Origin: Terriglobia bacterium
GTDB lineage: Bacteria; Acidobacteriota; Terriglobia; Acidiferrales; UBA7541
Direction: 5' to 3'
NCBI GenBank assembly: GCA_963695545.1
Contig: OY968796.1
Coordinates: forward strand, 1,024,001 to 1,088,000
Length of the DNA: 64,000 bases
The notes under the pieces were generated by a model. The model made no database searches and was not told the DNA's origin. It was given only the letters and a program-made list of their open reading frames with translations. Each line of letters begins with the position of its first letter. The stretch's first letter is position 1. A program made the position numbers and the translations under genes. Shown here one piece after another: positions 30,618-44,639 of this stretch.

Positions 30618-30650
30618 GCCGGTGGCACAATTGCGCGGTACGAGGCGGCA

Positions 30651-31772
30651 CTAGCGGATCAGCATGCAGTCGCCGTAGCTATAAAAGCGATAGTTCGCTT
30701 CGACCGCATGCCGATACGCAGCGAGCAAGTGTTCGCGGCCAGCAAATGCAGAAACGAGCACAAGAAGCGTGGATCGCGGAAGATGAAAATTGGTCAACAG
30801 CTGGTCAACAACGAAGAACTGCTGGCCAGGATACAAAAACAGATTCGCTGCCGCGCGGCCGGGGCGCACGCGAGAAAATAATTTGTCCGCCACGGCGCGG
30901 CGCTCATCGCGCGGTTCCGATTTGCGAGCCGCGTCTTCGAGCGCGCGCACGACGGTTGTGCCGGCGGCGAGGATTGGGCGCGCGTCTCGTTTTGCATTTT
31001 CGATCGCGCGCGCGGCAGCCTCGGAAATTTCGTAAGTTTCCGAATGCATGACGTGAGCTTCGATTTCTTCGGAGTGGATCGGCTGGAACGTTCCGAGGCC
31101 GACTTCGAGTGTGATCTCGGCGATTTCGACGCCACGTGCGCGCAATCTCGCGACAACGTCCGGCGTAAAGTGCAAGCCGGCAGTGGGCGCGGCGACGGCT
31201 CCCGGCTCCCGGGCGAAGATCGTCTGATAGCGCTCGCGATCAAAAGGTTCGTCACCGCGCGCGATGTAGGGCGGAAGCGGAACGTGGCCGAGTCGTTCGA
31301 GCGATTGCTCCACGGAACCGGGGCCGCGGAAGCACAGCCTCCGTAGTCCGAATTCGCCGCGATCCAGAACCTCGGCTTCGAGTTCGCCGTCTCCAAATAA
31401 AATCTTTTCGCCTATCGGCAATTTCCGGCCGGGGCGTACGAGCGCTTCCCACTCCTTGTCGTTAACACGCCGTGTGAGCAGGATCTCGATTTGCGCGGAC
31501 AGATGCTCGCGGCGCGTGCGCGGAGATCTTCCGACCTTTTGCGCGCGCACGCCGGCGCGTCGGCCAAACAATCGCGCCGGAATCACGCGAGTATTATTGA
31601 CGACGAGCAACTCCTCGCCGCGAAGCAGGTCCGGCAAGTCCCGGAACATTCCATCTTGAAAGCGGCCGGTCGTACGGTCGAGTAGGAGCATTCTCGACGC
31701 ATCGCGAGGCTCGGCCGGGCGCTGAGCGATCAATTGCTCGGGCAAATCGTAGTCAAATTGATCGAGGCGCAT
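30651..31772 (-). CDS. queA: S-adenosylmethionine:tRNA ribosyltransferase-isomerase
   Basis: 'FDYDLP..LIAQRP', 'GHVPLPPYI', 'AVAAPTAGLHFT', 'TNFHLPRSTL', 'YRFYSYGDCM'. Confidence 0.97.
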   Translation of the reverse strand: MRLDQFDYDLPEQLIAQRPAEPRDASRMLLLDRTTGRFQDGMFRDLPDLLRGEELLVVNNTRVIPARLFGRRAGVRAQKVGRSPRTRREHLSAQIEILLTRRVNDKEWEALVRPGRKLPIGEKILFGDGELEAEVLDRGEFGLRRLCFRGPGSVEQSLERLGHVPLPPYIARGDEPFDRERYQTIFAREPGAVAAPTAGLHFTPDVVARLRARGVEIAEITLEVGLGTFQPIHSEEIEAHVMHSETYEISEAAARAIENAKRDARPILAAGTTVVRALEDAARKSEPRDERRAVADKLFSRVRPGRAAANLFLYPGQQFFVVDQLLTNFHLPRSTLLVLVSAFAGREHLLAAYRHAVEANYRFYSYGDCMLIR

Positions 31773-31908
31773 GGTGAAATGCGACTATATCTCGAATTCA
31801 GTCGGAGGGCAATTTGCGGGGCCTGTAGCTATCACGTCTGCCGCCAAAATTCACGTACTATGATCATACTAAATGACTTACACAAGTTCGTAGATTGGCG
31901 CACTACTA

Positions 31909-31937
31909 TTGACATTATGACACGCATATTATATGCT
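31909..31937 (+). promoter_or_regulatory. Sigma70-type promoter of hsp20-clpB-htpX with an overlapping palindrome
   Basis: TTGACA (31909), 17-nt spacer, TATGCT (31932); inverted repeat GCATAT-T-ATATGC at 31924-31936. Confidence 0.65.
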
Positions 31938-31986
31938 TCTATGAAGATTAGATGTACGAAAACACCTTAATCGGAGGGATTAGGTC

Positions 31987-32415
31987 ATGACAACCATCTC
32001 AACTGTTGACCCGTTTCGCGCGTTTCTTGCGGAGACCGGCCTGGGGAATCAGGCGGGCGAATCCGCACCAGCGGCTTGGATTCCGGCCGTGGATATTTAC
32101 GAGACCGAGAACGAGCTAGTGGCGAAGATCGACCTGCCGGGAGTCAACCAGAAGGATCTGGACGTCCGGGTGGAGAACAACACGCTGACAGTCCGTGGCG
32201 AGCGAAAATTCGAGAGCACGGTATCGGAGGACAACTACCTACGCGTGGAGCGTGCGTATGGCACCTTCAGCCGCAGCTTCTCATTGCCGCCGCGGGTGAA
32301 TACCGAAGCCATCGGCGCGGAGTACAATGAAGGCGTGCTGACGCTGCGAATGCCGAGGCGCGAAGAGGCAAAACCGAAGCAAATCCAAGTGAACGTGACG
32401 ACCAACGGCAAGTAA
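31987..32415 (+). CDS. Hsp20/alpha-crystallin small heat-shock protein
   Basis: 'PAVDIYET', 'DLPGV', 'ERAYGTFSRSFSLP', 'AEYNEGVL'. Confidence 0.95.
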   Translation: MTTISTVDPFRAFLAETGLGNQAGESAPAAWIPAVDIYETENELVAKIDLPGVNQKDLDVRVENNTLTVRGERKFESTVSEDNYLRVERAYGTFSRSFSLPPRVNTEAIGAEYNEGVLTLRMPRREEAKPKQIQVNVTTNGK

Positions 32416-32552
32416 AGCCCCGGCTGTCCGGTGGGAGAAAGCGCGAAGGGCCGGCGGGATGTATGCGTAACCGGCCCTTCGGCATCTAATCACCCAGAGA
32501 GTCAGGCCGACGCAAACGAGGAAATTAATCAGCGGTAGAAAGGAAGTTCGCA

Positions 32553-35243
32553 ATGTTTCGATTCGACAAACTCACGGTAAAGGCGCAAGAGGCGGTGCAG
32601 GAAGCGCAGGAGATCGCGGCGCGGCACGATCAGCAGCAGATCGAACCGCTGCACTTGCTCGCCGCGCTGGTGGCGCAGCCGGAAGGAATCGTCGCGCCGC
32701 TGCTGCAACGGCTGGGGGTGCGCCCAGAGGGTCTGGAGAGTGAGATCGAAGCGGCGCTCGACCGGTTGCCCAAAGTGACCGGTGTGGCGCAGCAGCACAT
32801 GGGGCCGGCGTTGAACAAGGTTTTGGAACGCTCGTTCGATGAAGCTGAACATTTTAAGGACGAGTTCGTTTCGTCGGAGCACCTGCTCCTGGCGATCGCG
32901 GCGCAACCGAAGGATCCCGCGGCGGAACTTCTGGCGCGCAATGGAGCGTCGCGCGAGGCGCTGCTGCAGGCGCTGGCGACCGTGCGCGGCAGCCATCGAG
33001 TGACATCGCAGAATCCCGAAGGCACATTCCGCGCGCTCGAACAATATGCGCGCGACCTGACGGATATGGCGCGGCGGCGCAAACTCGATCCGGTGATCGG
33101 GCGGGACGAAGAGATTCGGCGCGTGATGCAAATTCTGGCGCGCCGCACGAAGAACAATCCGGTGCTGATTGGCGAGCCGGGCGTGGGCAAAACCGCGGTG
33201 GTGGAAGGACTGGCGCAACGCATTGTTTCGGGCGACGTGCCCGAAGTGCTGCGGCCGAAGCGAATCGTGGCTCTGGATTTGGCGGCGCTGATTGCCGGCG
33301 CAAAGTATCGCGGTGAATTCGAGGATCGCCTGAAGGCCGTGCTGAAGGAAATATCGGAATCGAACGGGCAGATCATTCTGTTCATCGACGAATTGCACAC
33401 GCTGGTGGGCGCAGGCGCCGCGGAAGGTTCGATGGACGCTTCCAACATGCTGAAACCGGCTCTGGCGCGCGGCGAACTGCGCGCGATCGGCGCCACCACG
33501 CTGAACGAATACAGAAAACATATTGAGAAGGATCCCGCACTCGAGCGACGCTTTCAGCCGGTGTTGATTCCGGAACCGACAGTGGAAGACACCATCGCGA
33601 TTTTGCGCGGACTTAAGGATCGTTACGAACTGCACCACGGCGTGCGCATTCAGGACGCGGCGATATTGGCGGCGGCTACGCTATCGCACCGTTACATCAC
33701 CGATCGATTTCTGCCGGACAAGGCGATTGACTTGATCGACGAGGCGGCGGCCAGCCTGCGCATGCAGATGGATTCTCTGCCGCTTGAGATCGACCAAATC
33801 GAGCGGCGCATCCTGCAACTGGAGATCGAGCGGCAAGCGCTGCTGCGGGAATCCGATTCGCATTCGCGCGAACGATTGAAGGCGCTCGAAGGGGAATTGG
33901 CCAAGCTTCGCGAAGAGTCGCACGCGCGGAAGGCGCGCTGGGAAGTGGAGAAGGATGCGATCGGCAAAATCCGCAAGCTGAAGGGCGAGATCGAACAGCT
34001 CAAGGCGGACGAACAACGCCTGGAGCGTTCCGGCGATTTGGCGAAAGTGGCGGAGATCCGTTACGGCAAATTGGCGGCCACGGAAAAACAATTGGCGAAG
34101 GCCCAGGCGTATCTAGCCGAAGTGCAGAAGGACGGCGCGATTCTGCGCGAAGAAGTGGGCGAAGAAGACATTGCAAAAATCGTGGCCAAGTGGACGGGGA
34201 TTCCCGTTGGCAGGCTACTTGAAGGGGAAGCGCGGAAACTCGTGAACATGGAAGAGCGCCTGAAGCAGCGCGTGGTGGGGCAAGACGACGCGGTGGCGCG
34301 CGTCTCGAATGCGATTCGCCGCAACCGCGCCGGGTTGTCCGATCCGCGGCGGCCCATCGGGTCGTTCATTTTCATGGGGCCGACCGGCGTGGGCAAAACA
34401 GAATTGGCGCGGGCGCTGGCGGAATTTTTGTTCGACGACGAGAAGGCGCTGATTCGTTTGGACATGTCCGAGTACATGGAAAAGCATTCGGTTGCGCGGA
34501 TGATCGGCGCGCCTCCCGGCTACGTGGGGCACGATGAGGGCGGGCAATTGACGGAGAAAATTCGACGGCACCCGTATGCGGTGGTGCTATTCGATGAAAT
34601 CGAGAAGGCGCATCCAGATGTGTTCAACGTGCTGCTGCAAATCCTGGAAGACGGCCGGTTGACGGACGGAAAAGGCCGCACGGTGGATTTCCGCAACGCG
34701 GTTTTGATCATGACCAGCAACGTGGGATCGACGGCGCTGTTCGAGCTTTCGGAGAAGGATCCGAAGCGCGCGCATGAGCAAGCCATGGAAGCGCTGAAAC
34801 AATTGTTCCGGCCGGAATTTTTGAACCGCATCGACGACATCGTTCTGTTCAATCCGCTGGGGCATGCGCAACTGGAAAAAATCGTGGACCTGGAGCTGGC
34901 GAAGTTCCGCAAGATGCTCGAAGGGCGCGGTGTGGAAATCGATCTGACGGCGGGGGCGCGCGAACGGCTGCTGCGCGAAGGCTACGACCCGGCGTACGGG
35001 GCGCGGCCGTTGCGACGGACACTGCAACGGCTGGTGCAGGATCCGCTGGCGCTGCAAATTCTCGACGGGAAAATTCTGCCCGGAGAACACGTGCGTGTGG
35101 ATGCCGATCCGGCGTCGGACCAGATGACGTTCGTGGGCGTTCCGGGCGCCGGCGCGGCGAGCGCGCAGGCTGCGGCGGCGAGTTCCTCGCCGACGCAGAC
35201 CGAAGCGCCGGTGCAGGCGAAATCGAGCAAGCGCGATCGGTGA
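32553..35243 (+). CDS. clpB: ATP-dependent disaggregase ClpB
   Basis: Two AAA+ modules ([16 protein letters not shown]), long coiled-coil middle domain, 'GARPLRR'. Confidence 0.97.
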   Translation: MFRFDKLTVKAQEAVQEAQEIAARHDQQQIEPLHLLAALVAQPEGIVAPLLQRLGVRPEGLESEIEAALDRLPKVTGVAQQHMGPALNKVLERSFDEAEHFKDEFVSSEHLLLAIAAQPKDPAAELLARNGASREALLQALATVRGSHRVTSQNPEGTFRALEQYARDLTDMARRRKLDPVIGRDEEIRRVMQILARRTKNNPVLIGEPGVGKTAVVEGLAQRIVSGDVPEVLRPKRIVALDLAALIAGAKYRGEFEDRLKAVLKEISESNGQIILFIDELHTLVGAGAAEGSMDASNMLKPALARGELRAIGATTLNEYRKHIEKDPALERRFQPVLIPEPTVEDTIAILRGLKDRYELHHGVRIQDAAILAAATLSHRYITDRFLPDKAIDLIDEAAASLRMQMDSLPLEIDQIERRILQLEIERQALLRESDSHSRERLKALEGELAKLREESHARKARWEVEKDAIGKIRKLKGEIEQLKADEQRLERSGDLAKVAEIRYGKLAATEKQLAKAQAYLAEVQKDGAILREEVGEEDIAKIVAKWTGIPVGRLLEGEARKLVNMEERLKQRVVGQDDAVARVSNAIRRNRAGLSDPRRPIGSFIFMGPTGVGKTELARALAEFLFDDEKALIRLDMSEYMEKHSVARMIGAPPGYVGHDEGGQLTEKIRRHPYAVVLFDEIEKAHPDVFNVLLQILEDGRLTDGKGRTVDFRNAVLIMTSNVGSTALFELSEKDPKRAHEQAMEALKQLFRPEFLNRIDDIVLFNPLGHAQLEKIVDLELAKFRKMLEGRGVEIDLTAGARERLLREGYDPAYGARPLRRTLQRLVQDPLALQILDGKILPGEHVRVDADPASDQMTFVGVPGAGAASAQAAAASSSPTQTEAPVQAKSSKRDR

Positions 35244-35346
35244 CGAAAACGGATTCGAGGCACGCCGGAGCGCAGTTTGACCGCGACTGTTGCGGCATCT
35301 AGACTAATTTGTTCCGGGTTCTAGTCCGGAAGAGACTGAGGCGACC

Positions 35347-36210
35347 ATGAGAGGCATCAAGACATTATTTCTGCTGACAGCGCTGACGCTGCTGCTCGTG
35401 CTTGGCGGAGGGGCCCTGGCGGGCAGACAGGGCATGACCATCGGCTTGATCTTCGCCGTAGCCATGAACGGCTTTGCGTATTTTTTCTCGGACAAGATCG
35501 CGCTTAAATCAAGCCATGCGCAGCCCGTGACCCGCGAGCAGATGCCGCGGCTCTACGCCGTGATGGAGCGGCTGTGCGCCAAGGCCAATCTGCCGATGCC
35601 GAAGCTCTACGTGATCGCGCAACCGGCGCCCAACGCATTTGCCACGGGGCGCAATCCGAAGCACGCATCGGTGGCGGTGACCGAGGGACTGATGCAATTG
35701 ATGAACGACGATGAGCTGGAAGGCGTGATCGCGCACGAACTTTCGCATGTGCGCAATTACGACATTCTGACGACTTCGATCGCCGCGACGCTGGCGGGCG
35801 CGATCACCTGGATCGCGCACATCGCGCGATTTGAGATGTTCTTCGGCGGCGGATTCGGCGGAGGGCGCGGGAATCGAGGCGGCGGCTTGTCTGCGCTGAT
35901 GATGATGATTGTGGCTCCGATGGCGGCGCTGGCGATTCAACTTGGAATTTCGCGGCAGCGCGAATTTGCGGCAGATGCGTCGGGCGCGCGCATGGTCGGG
36001 CAGCAATATGGGCTGGTCAGCGCGCTGGAGAAGCTCGGCGCATACAACAAGCGGATTCCGATGAACGTGCCGGCCACGACGGCGTCGCTATTCATCGTCG
36101 CACCGCTGGCTCCCGGGCAGATGTTTCGCGGGCTGTTCAGCACGCATCCGCCGCTTGAGCAGCGCATCGCGGCGCTCAGGAACATGGTGATCACACCGTC
36201 GGGTCGCTGA
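35347..36210 (+). CDS. htpX: Zinc metalloprotease HtpX (M48)
   Basis: 'PNAFATGRNP', HELSH, 'SRQREFAAD', 'FSTHPP'. Confidence 0.95.
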   Translation: MRGIKTLFLLTALTLLLVLGGGALAGRQGMTIGLIFAVAMNGFAYFFSDKIALKSSHAQPVTREQMPRLYAVMERLCAKANLPMPKLYVIAQPAPNAFATGRNPKHASVAVTEGLMQLMNDDELEGVIAHELSHVRNYDILTTSIAATLAGAITWIAHIARFEMFFGGGFGGGRGNRGGGLSALMMMIVAPMAALAIQLGISRQREFAADASGARMVGQQYGLVSALEKLGAYNKRIPMNVPATTASLFIVAPLAPGQMFRGLFSTHPPLEQRIAALRNMVITPSGR

Positions 36211-36475
36211 GGGCAACGGGCTGTGGGCGGCATAGAACCGTACCTGTGCCCCGGAAGAAAAGAGACACCCCGGCAAGAATTTCCCGATTCCGCCGAGGAT
36301 TTCCACAGGGCCCGTGCGTGGCAGGTTCCTAGCCCTCTGATAACAAAAGGCTTACCGGAATGGAAATTACTTTCACTATGGCTTTCGCATTGCAGAGACA
36401 TAGACGGCAGCAATCAGGGGAAAAGTAGTCGGGGTCAAGTTTGAGCTAACGAAGTCAGGAGCTGCCAAAAGAACC

Positions 36476-36676
36476 ATGAGTTGCAAAGAGACAATTCGCT
36501 TGATGTGTGAATTCATCGAAGAGCGGCTGACGCCGACGGTGGCGCACGAAGTGAGCATGCACCTGAGCCACTGCGAGAACTGCAGGCTGGTTCTGGAAGC
36601 CGCCGAGCATACGCTGGAGATTTACTTCGACGAACCGCACATGGCCACGATGCTCGAGCGATCGAGGGTCGCCTAG
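36476..36676 (+). CDS. Small stand-alone zf-HC2 (anti-sigma-type zinc finger) protein
   Basis: 'MSC...HLSHCENC' (C..HxxxCxxC), 66 aa. Confidence 0.75.
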   Translation: MSCKETIRLMCEFIEERLTPTVAHEVSMHLSHCENCRLVLEAAEHTLEIYFDEPHMATMLERSRVA

Positions 36677-37074
36677 GCAGTTGCTCGTGTCGCGCGGCGC
36701 TTGCCGCGCGATTCGCCGAGGCTCCGCTCCGCGCACTTCCGATTTGCCCGCACCAATTCTCTCCTAAAGTTTCTTACTTCCGCCAATGCGTTTGCGCGCC
36801 CGTACCGAAGAAATCGGACCCGTGGCGATCTGCCAATCGGGGAGCTCGGCGACTTGACTGACACGAAAGAGTTAACAGAAATAACATACTGGACCGCGTA
36901 AACCTTACTCGATCACGGGGCGCGCGCGCCGGCGCGCAAAGTCTAGAACTCGCCGGCAAATGGCTTGCCCGCCGTGAGTTACGGGCCTCCCGAGCGAGCC
37001 GAGAGGGATTGGTTCGAGGCGTGCATATCTCCATGCGTGCAGGGGACGCACGCAAGTGCACAAGGAGAATTTCG

Positions 37075-37938
37075 ATGACCAACTTAATGGGGCACGAAGA
37101 AACACCGACTTCCGGAACAGAAGGCACGCCAACAGAAGGCACGCCGCGCTGGGTGGGTATCGCGGTGGCCGCGCTGGCGGCCGTATCGCTGATTGCGCTG
37201 GGAGTAGGCTGGAACGCGACAACGCAGGCGCGCAACGCGGAGCAGAGCCTGACGCAGCAGAGCAAGAGCTTTCAGCAGAATGAAGATTCGCTGGCGCAGC
37301 GCCTGACGCAAACCGAAGAAGCCGACGCGCAGGTGCAGAGCGATCTGAACGTGGTGACGAACAAGCTGCAACTGACGCAGAGCCAACTTGAAGCAGCGCG
37401 CCACCAGGAAACACAGATCAAGAAGGACTACACGAGCCAGATCGACAACGTGAACACGCAACTGCAAACCAAGGCCAGCTCCGATGACGTGAAGACGCTC
37501 GGCGGCGACGTGGACGGCGTGAAGACCGATCTCGCGAGCACCAAGGCCTCGCTCGCGAGCACGACCGACCAATTCGGGCAATTGATCGCCAAGAACCACG
37601 ACGAACTCGATCAACTGCGCCGGTTGGGCGAACGCGACTACTACGAATTCACGCTGACCTCGACGAGCCAGAAACAGACCGTTGGAGACATGCAGATCCA
37701 ACTGCGCGGCACGAACGTGAAGCACAATCAGTTCAGCCTGGCGCTCTATGTCGACGACATGCGTCTTGAGAAAAACAACCGCGCCGTGGATGAGCCGATT
37801 TACTTCTACACGCGCGGCACGCGCACCCCGCTCGAACTGGTGGTCAACCAGATCAGCAAGAACAAAATCACGGGCTACCTGAGCGTTCCGAAGGCCAGCC
37901 CGACGCAGACTTCGGCATCAGCCGGGGCCGCAAACTAA
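37075..37938 (+). CDS. Membrane-anchored coiled-coil hypothetical protein
   Basis: AAGGAG RBS; TM helix, Q/T-rich coiled coil, C-terminal beta domain 'GERDYYEFTL...ELVVNQI...GYLSVPK'. Confidence 0.8.
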   Translation: MTNLMGHEETPTSGTEGTPTEGTPRWVGIAVAALAAVSLIALGVGWNATTQARNAEQSLTQQSKSFQQNEDSLAQRLTQTEEADAQVQSDLNVVTNKLQLTQSQLEAARHQETQIKKDYTSQIDNVNTQLQTKASSDDVKTLGGDVDGVKTDLASTKASLASTTDQFGQLIAKNHDELDQLRRLGERDYYEFTLTSTSQKQTVGDMQIQLRGTNVKHNQFSLALYVDDMRLEKNNRAVDEPIYFYTRGTRTPLELVVNQISKNKITGYLSVPKASPTQTSASAGAAN

Positions 37939-37978
37939 GTCACGGCAAACTGACTCAGTTTTTTCCGCCAGAAAGCAG

Positions 37979-38008
37979 GAGGGCCCCTTCGGGGGCCCTC
38001 TTTTTTTT
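37979..38008 (+). terminator. Rho-independent terminator
   Basis: gagggcccc-ttcg-ggggccctc followed by T8. Confidence 0.9.
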
Positions 38009-38087
38009 GCGCAAAATGCCGCGGCCGCTCTTGTGAGGACGGCGGCTGGCGCGGGTGCGAGTGTTTCAGTAGGATGGTCGGAATCCG

Positions 38088-39281
38088 ATGCCGCCCTTAG
38101 CTATTTACGCGGAACGCGCGCTGACGCCGCTGAAAGAAATTCGCGACGCGGTGATCGTGGTGGATGGCGCGCGCATTGCGGCGGTGGGGCACAGAGGCGA
38201 GATTGAGGTGCCGCGCGGCGCGGCAGAATATTCGGCGGGCGCGGGGACGGTGGTGCCGGGATTTGTGGACGTGCACATCCACGGCGCGGGCGGGCACGAC
38301 GTGATGGAAGGGACGGAGGAGGCGTTCGACGCGGTGACGGAGACGGTGGCGCGGTTCGGCACGACGTCGTTCGTGGCGACCACCGTGACGGCGAGTCCGG
38401 AAGAGACGTGCCGCAGCGTGGCGGCGATCGCGCGGGCGGCGACGCGTGTGGCGTCGGAAACGGGATCGGGGCGCGCACGCGCGGAAATTCTGGGCGCGCA
38501 TTTCGAGGGGCCGTTCATTAGCGCGGCGCGGCGCGGTGTGCATCCGGCGGAGTGGATCGCGGCGCCGTCGATCGAGCTGCTCGATCGTTTTGTGGAAGCC
38601 GCGCACGACACGGCGCGGATGTTGACGCTGGCGCCGGAATTGCCGGGAGCGCTCAAGCTGGTGAGCGAGGCGCGGCGGCGGGGACTTATCGTGGCGATGG
38701 GGCATACGGACGCGAGTTACGCTGAGGCTGAGGCCGCGATCGCGGCGGGCGTGCGGCACGCCGCGCATGTGTTCAACGCCATGCGGCCGTTTTCGCATCG
38801 GGAGACCGGCGTGCTGGGCGCGGTGCTGACGTCGCACAAGGTCACCGCCGAATTGATCGCGGACGGCGTGCATGTGGACGACGCCGCGATTCGAGTGCTG
38901 CTGGCAGCTAAGGGTGTGGAGCGCACGGTGCTGGTGAGCGACGGCACGGCGGCGACCGGAATGCCCGATGGGAAGTATCGGCTCGGAACGTTCGAGGTGA
39001 CGGTTACCGGCGGCGTGTGCCGAAACGCGGAAGGCAAACTGGCGGGCAGCACGCTTACGCTCGATCGCGCGGTGCGGCACATGGTGAGCTTGGGTGTGGG
39101 GCTGTCCGATGCGGTGCGCATGGCCACATTCAATCCGGCTCGCGTGCTGGGCATGGAAACGCGCAAGGGAATTTTGGCGGCCGGCGCCGACGCGGACTTG
39201 GTGCTGCTGGACGAGAAAATGCAAGTTGCCGGGGTGATGGCGCGCGGATTAGGTTGGCCGGTTACTTCTTCGCGGGATTGA
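38088..39281 (+). CDS. nagA: N-acetylglucosamine-6-phosphate deacetylase
   Basis: 'PGFVDVHIHG', 'HFEGPF', 'GHTDA', 'HVFNAM', 'DGVH', 'LAGSTL'. Confidence 0.95.
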   Translation: MPPLAIYAERALTPLKEIRDAVIVVDGARIAAVGHRGEIEVPRGAAEYSAGAGTVVPGFVDVHIHGAGGHDVMEGTEEAFDAVTETVARFGTTSFVATTVTASPEETCRSVAAIARAATRVASETGSGRARAEILGAHFEGPFISAARRGVHPAEWIAAPSIELLDRFVEAAHDTARMLTLAPELPGALKLVSEARRRGLIVAMGHTDASYAEAEAAIAAGVRHAAHVFNAMRPFSHRETGVLGAVLTSHKVTAELIADGVHVDDAAIRVLLAAKGVERTVLVSDGTAATGMPDGKYRLGTFEVTVTGGVCRNAEGKLAGSTLTLDRAVRHMVSLGVGLSDAVRMATFNPARVLGMETRKGILAAGADADLVLLDEKMQVAGVMARGLGWPVTSSRD

Positions 39282-39525
39282 GGGCGATGTTGAGTTCGCT
39301 CGAGAGAAGGTAGGGATCGAAGGGGCTGCAGGCGAAAAATTTGCCGGCGTGTTCGATGGTGGGGACTTTGCGGCGACCGTCGTTCACGCGAAGAATTAAA
39401 TCTTCGGCGTCGGGATCTTCATCGACGTCAACTTCGCGGTAGGCTACGCCGCGTTCGGTCAGGAATTGCTTGGCGCGATGGCAATCGCTGCACCAGGCAG
39501 TTGTGTAGAGTGTGATCTCGTCCAT
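39262..39525 (-). CDS. Glutaredoxin-like (NrdH/mycoredoxin-type) protein
   Basis: 'YTTAWCSDC', 'GRRKVPTI'. Confidence 0.88.
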   Translation of the reverse strand: MDEITLYTTAWCSDCHRAKQFLTERGVAYREVDVDEDPDAEDLILRVNDGRRKVPTIEHAGKFFACSPFDPYLLSSELNIALNPAKK

Positions 39526-39677
39526 TCTCTTTCTCAATTCCAGTTGCGATCTTCTTGCCATCTATTTTCAGGCCGTGGCGAGGCAATTTCCAGGCGGATA
39601 GCAGAGTTGCTCCCGATGAGTTACGCGCCGAGCCGCACTTTGATTGGATGCAGACGACAGACGAGCGATGCAGCGGT

Positions 39678-40124
39678 TTACGCTTCGACGCCGACGGGAG
39701 CCCCGGCTGCGGCCGTGGCGCCGGCTGCGGCTGCGAGGCGCGCTTCGGCGCTGGCTAGCTCGCGCAGGATTTCGTCCCAATTGGTTGCCGCGTCGCCGTG
39801 GCTTGCGAGGAGTTTCCTGGCACGATCGGCGTCGGCTTGCGCTCGCGGGACGTCAATTTCTTCCGCGCGTTCGGCGGCGTCGGCGAGGACGATGACGCGA
39901 TCGGGCAAAACTTCGGCGAGGCCGCCGATCACGGCGATGAAAAATGTTTCGGAGCCTTCCTTATAGCTGAGCGCGCCGATGCCGAGTTCAGTGAGCAACG
40001 GCGTGTGGCCGGGGAGAATCCCGAGAAAACCGTCGCGGCCAGGCACCTGGATTTCGGAGACGGTTGCGCGCACGACGCTGCGTTCGAGCGTGACAACTTC
40101 GAGTTGGATGGCTTCGGGCAGCAT
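39678..40124 (-). CDS. atpC: ATP synthase F1 epsilon subunit
   Basis: 'LEVVT.ER', 'GILPGHTPL', position after atpD. Confidence 0.95.
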   Translation of the reverse strand: MLPEAIQLEVVTLERSVVRATVSEIQVPGRDGFLGILPGHTPLLTELGIGALSYKEGSETFFIAVIGGLAEVLPDRVIVLADAAERAEEIDVPRAQADADRARKLLASHGDAATNWDEILRELASAEARLAAAAGATAAAGAPVGVEA

Positions 40125-40162
40125 CGCGTTTTATATTGTGTGTGCTCGGCGCGCTCGCCGGG

Positions 40163-42534
<2,372 letters not shown>

Positions 42535-42555
42535 AAGAGATCGCGCGCGCCAAAA

Positions 42556-44094
42556 CTACTTGGCTTTGGCCTTCTCTTTCTCGCCTTTGAAGCGCTCTTT
42601 GAACTCATTGATCGCGTTCTTGAGCGATTCGCGCATGGCGTCGTCGATCTGTTTCTTCGTAGCGATCTGCGCGAGCAACGAGCCGTACTTCGCGTCCATG
42701 AAAGCGATGAGATCGGCCTCGAAGCGCACGACATCGGCAACCTCGATATCGTCGAGATAACCGCCGGTGCCGGCGAAAATTACCAGCACCTGTTTTTCGA
42801 TGGGCAGCGGCGAAAACTGATTCTGCTTGAGCAGTTCGACCAAACGCTGGCCGCGAGCGAGTTGCGCCTTGGTGGCTTTATCGAGCTGGTCGGCGCCGAA
42901 CTGCGCGAACGCGGCGAGCTCGCGATACTGCGCGAGATCCAAGCGCAGCGTGCCCGCGACCTGGCGCATAGCCTTGATCTGCGCATTGCCGCCGACGCGG
43001 CTGACGGAAAGGCCGACGTTGATGGCCGGGCGAATGCCGCTGTTGAACAAATCGGCTTCGAGATAAATCTGGCCGTCGGTGATGGAGATGACGTTGGTCG
43101 GAATGTAGGCGGAAACGTCGCCGGCCTGCGTTTCGATCACGGGCAGGGCGGTGAGCGATCCGCCGCCGAGTTTGTCGTTCAGTTTTGCGGCGCGCTCGAG
43201 CAGGCGCGAGTGGAGATAGAAAACGTCGCCGGGAAATGCTTCGCGTCCGGGCGGACGGCGCAAGAGCAGCGAGATTTCGCGATAAGCCTGCGCGTGCTTC
43301 GAGAGATCGTCGTAGAAACAAACGGCGTGGCGGCTGGAATCGCGGAAATATTCGCCCATGGCGCAGGCCGCGTACGGCGCGATGTACTGCATGGTGGCAG
43401 GCTCGGTGGCGGAGACGGCGACGACGATGGTGTAATCCATCGCGCCCTCGTCGGTGAGCTGCTTCACGACCTGCGCGATGGTCGAGCGCTTTTGCCCGAT
43501 CGCACAGTAGATGCAGATCATATCGCCGCCCTTCTGGTTGATGATGGTGTCCAGAATGATGGCCGTCTTGCCGGTTTGCCGGTCGCCGATGATCAATTCG
43601 CGCTGCCCGCGGCCGATGGGGATCATCGAATCGATGGCCTTGATGCCGGTTTGCAGCGGCTCGCGCACGGGCTGGCGATCGACAACGCCGGGCGCGATGC
43701 GCTCGATGGGGATGCGCTTATCGGCGAGGATCGGGCCTTTCCCGTCGAGCGCGACGCCAAGCGGATTGACCACGCGGCCCACCAGCGCTTCTCCGACCGG
43801 CGCGGACATGATGGTGCGCGTGCGCTTGACGGTATCGCCTTCCTCGATCGCGGTGTATTCGCCGAGGAGCACGACGCCGACCTGGTCTTCTTCAAGGTTG
43901 AGCGCGATGCCGACGACGTCGTGGGGAAAGCTGAGCATCTCGCCGGCCATAACTTTGTCGAGACCATAGACGCGCGCGATGCCGTCGCCGACCGAGAGAA
44001 CCGACCCAACTTCGTCGACGGTGACCGACTGTTCGTAGTTGGCGATTTGTTCCTTCAGAATCTTGGTGATTTCATCCGCTTTGATGGGGGGCAT
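42556..44094 (-). CDS. atpA: ATP synthase F1 alpha subunit
   Basis: GDRQTGKT, '[12 protein letters not shown]'. Confidence 0.98.
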   Translation of the reverse strand: MPPIKADEITKILKEQIANYEQSVTVDEVGSVLSVGDGIARVYGLDKVMAGEMLSFPHDVVGIALNLEEDQVGVVLLGEYTAIEEGDTVKRTRTIMSAPVGEALVGRVVNPLGVALDGKGPILADKRIPIERIAPGVVDRQPVREPLQTGIKAIDSMIPIGRGQRELIIGDRQTGKTAIILDTIINQKGGDMICIYCAIGQKRSTIAQVVKQLTDEGAMDYTIVVAVSATEPATMQYIAPYAACAMGEYFRDSSRHAVCFYDDLSKHAQAYREISLLLRRPPGREAFPGDVFYLHSRLLERAAKLNDKLGGGSLTALPVIETQAGDVSAYIPTNVISITDGQIYLEADLFNSGIRPAINVGLSVSRVGGNAQIKAMRQVAGTLRLDLAQYRELAAFAQFGADQLDKATKAQLARGQRLVELLKQNQFSPLPIEKQVLVIFAGTGGYLDDIEVADVVRFEADLIAFMDAKYGSLLAQIATKKQIDDAMRESLKNAINEFKERFKGEKEKAKAK

Positions 44095-44102
44095 GCGTGC
44101 TC

Positions 44103-44639
44103 CTATTCGGAAGACAGCTGTGCGCGCAATCGATCGAGCTGCGCCCGCACTGAACCATCATAAATCGTGGAACCTACGACCACACGCGCGCCGCCTATGA
44201 TCAGCGGGTTCACTCGATACGTCGCTTCAACCTTACCGCCGATCATGTGTTCGAGCGCGCGAACCAGTGCCGCCCGCTCATTGGCATCGATCTCTTCGCC
44301 GGTTCTGACGTCGGCGCGCGTGATGCCGAGCTTAGCGTCGAGCAGCGATCCGTAGGCTCGCTCGATCTCCGGCAGAAGCGCCGAGCGCCGGTGATCCACG
44401 AGCAACAACATGAAATTGCGCACGGTGCGGCTGGAACCCAAGCGTTCGGCCAGACGCTCGATCACGGCGTGTTTGCCGGAGCGCGGCACGGCGGGATTCG
44501 CCATCAATTGCCGCAACGCAGGCGATTCGTCGAAGAGGCCCTCAAATGCGGCGATTTCCGTCTGAACCTGCGGCGCGGAATTGCGCTCGAGCGCCACATC
44601 GGCAAGCGCGGCTGCATACCGCTGAGACATTGCTTTCAA
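44103..44639 (-). CDS. atpH: ATP synthase delta subunit
   Basis: 'RYAAAL', '[18 protein letters not shown]'. Confidence 0.93.
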   Translation of the reverse strand: MKAMSQRYAAALADVALERNSAPQVQTEIAAFEGLFDESPALRQLMANPAVPRSGKHAVIERLAERLGSSRTVRNFMLLLVDHRRSALLPEIERAYGSLLDAKLGITRADVRTGEEIDANERAALVRALEHMIGGKVEATYRVNPLIIGGARVVVGSTIYDGSVRAQLDRLRAQLSSE

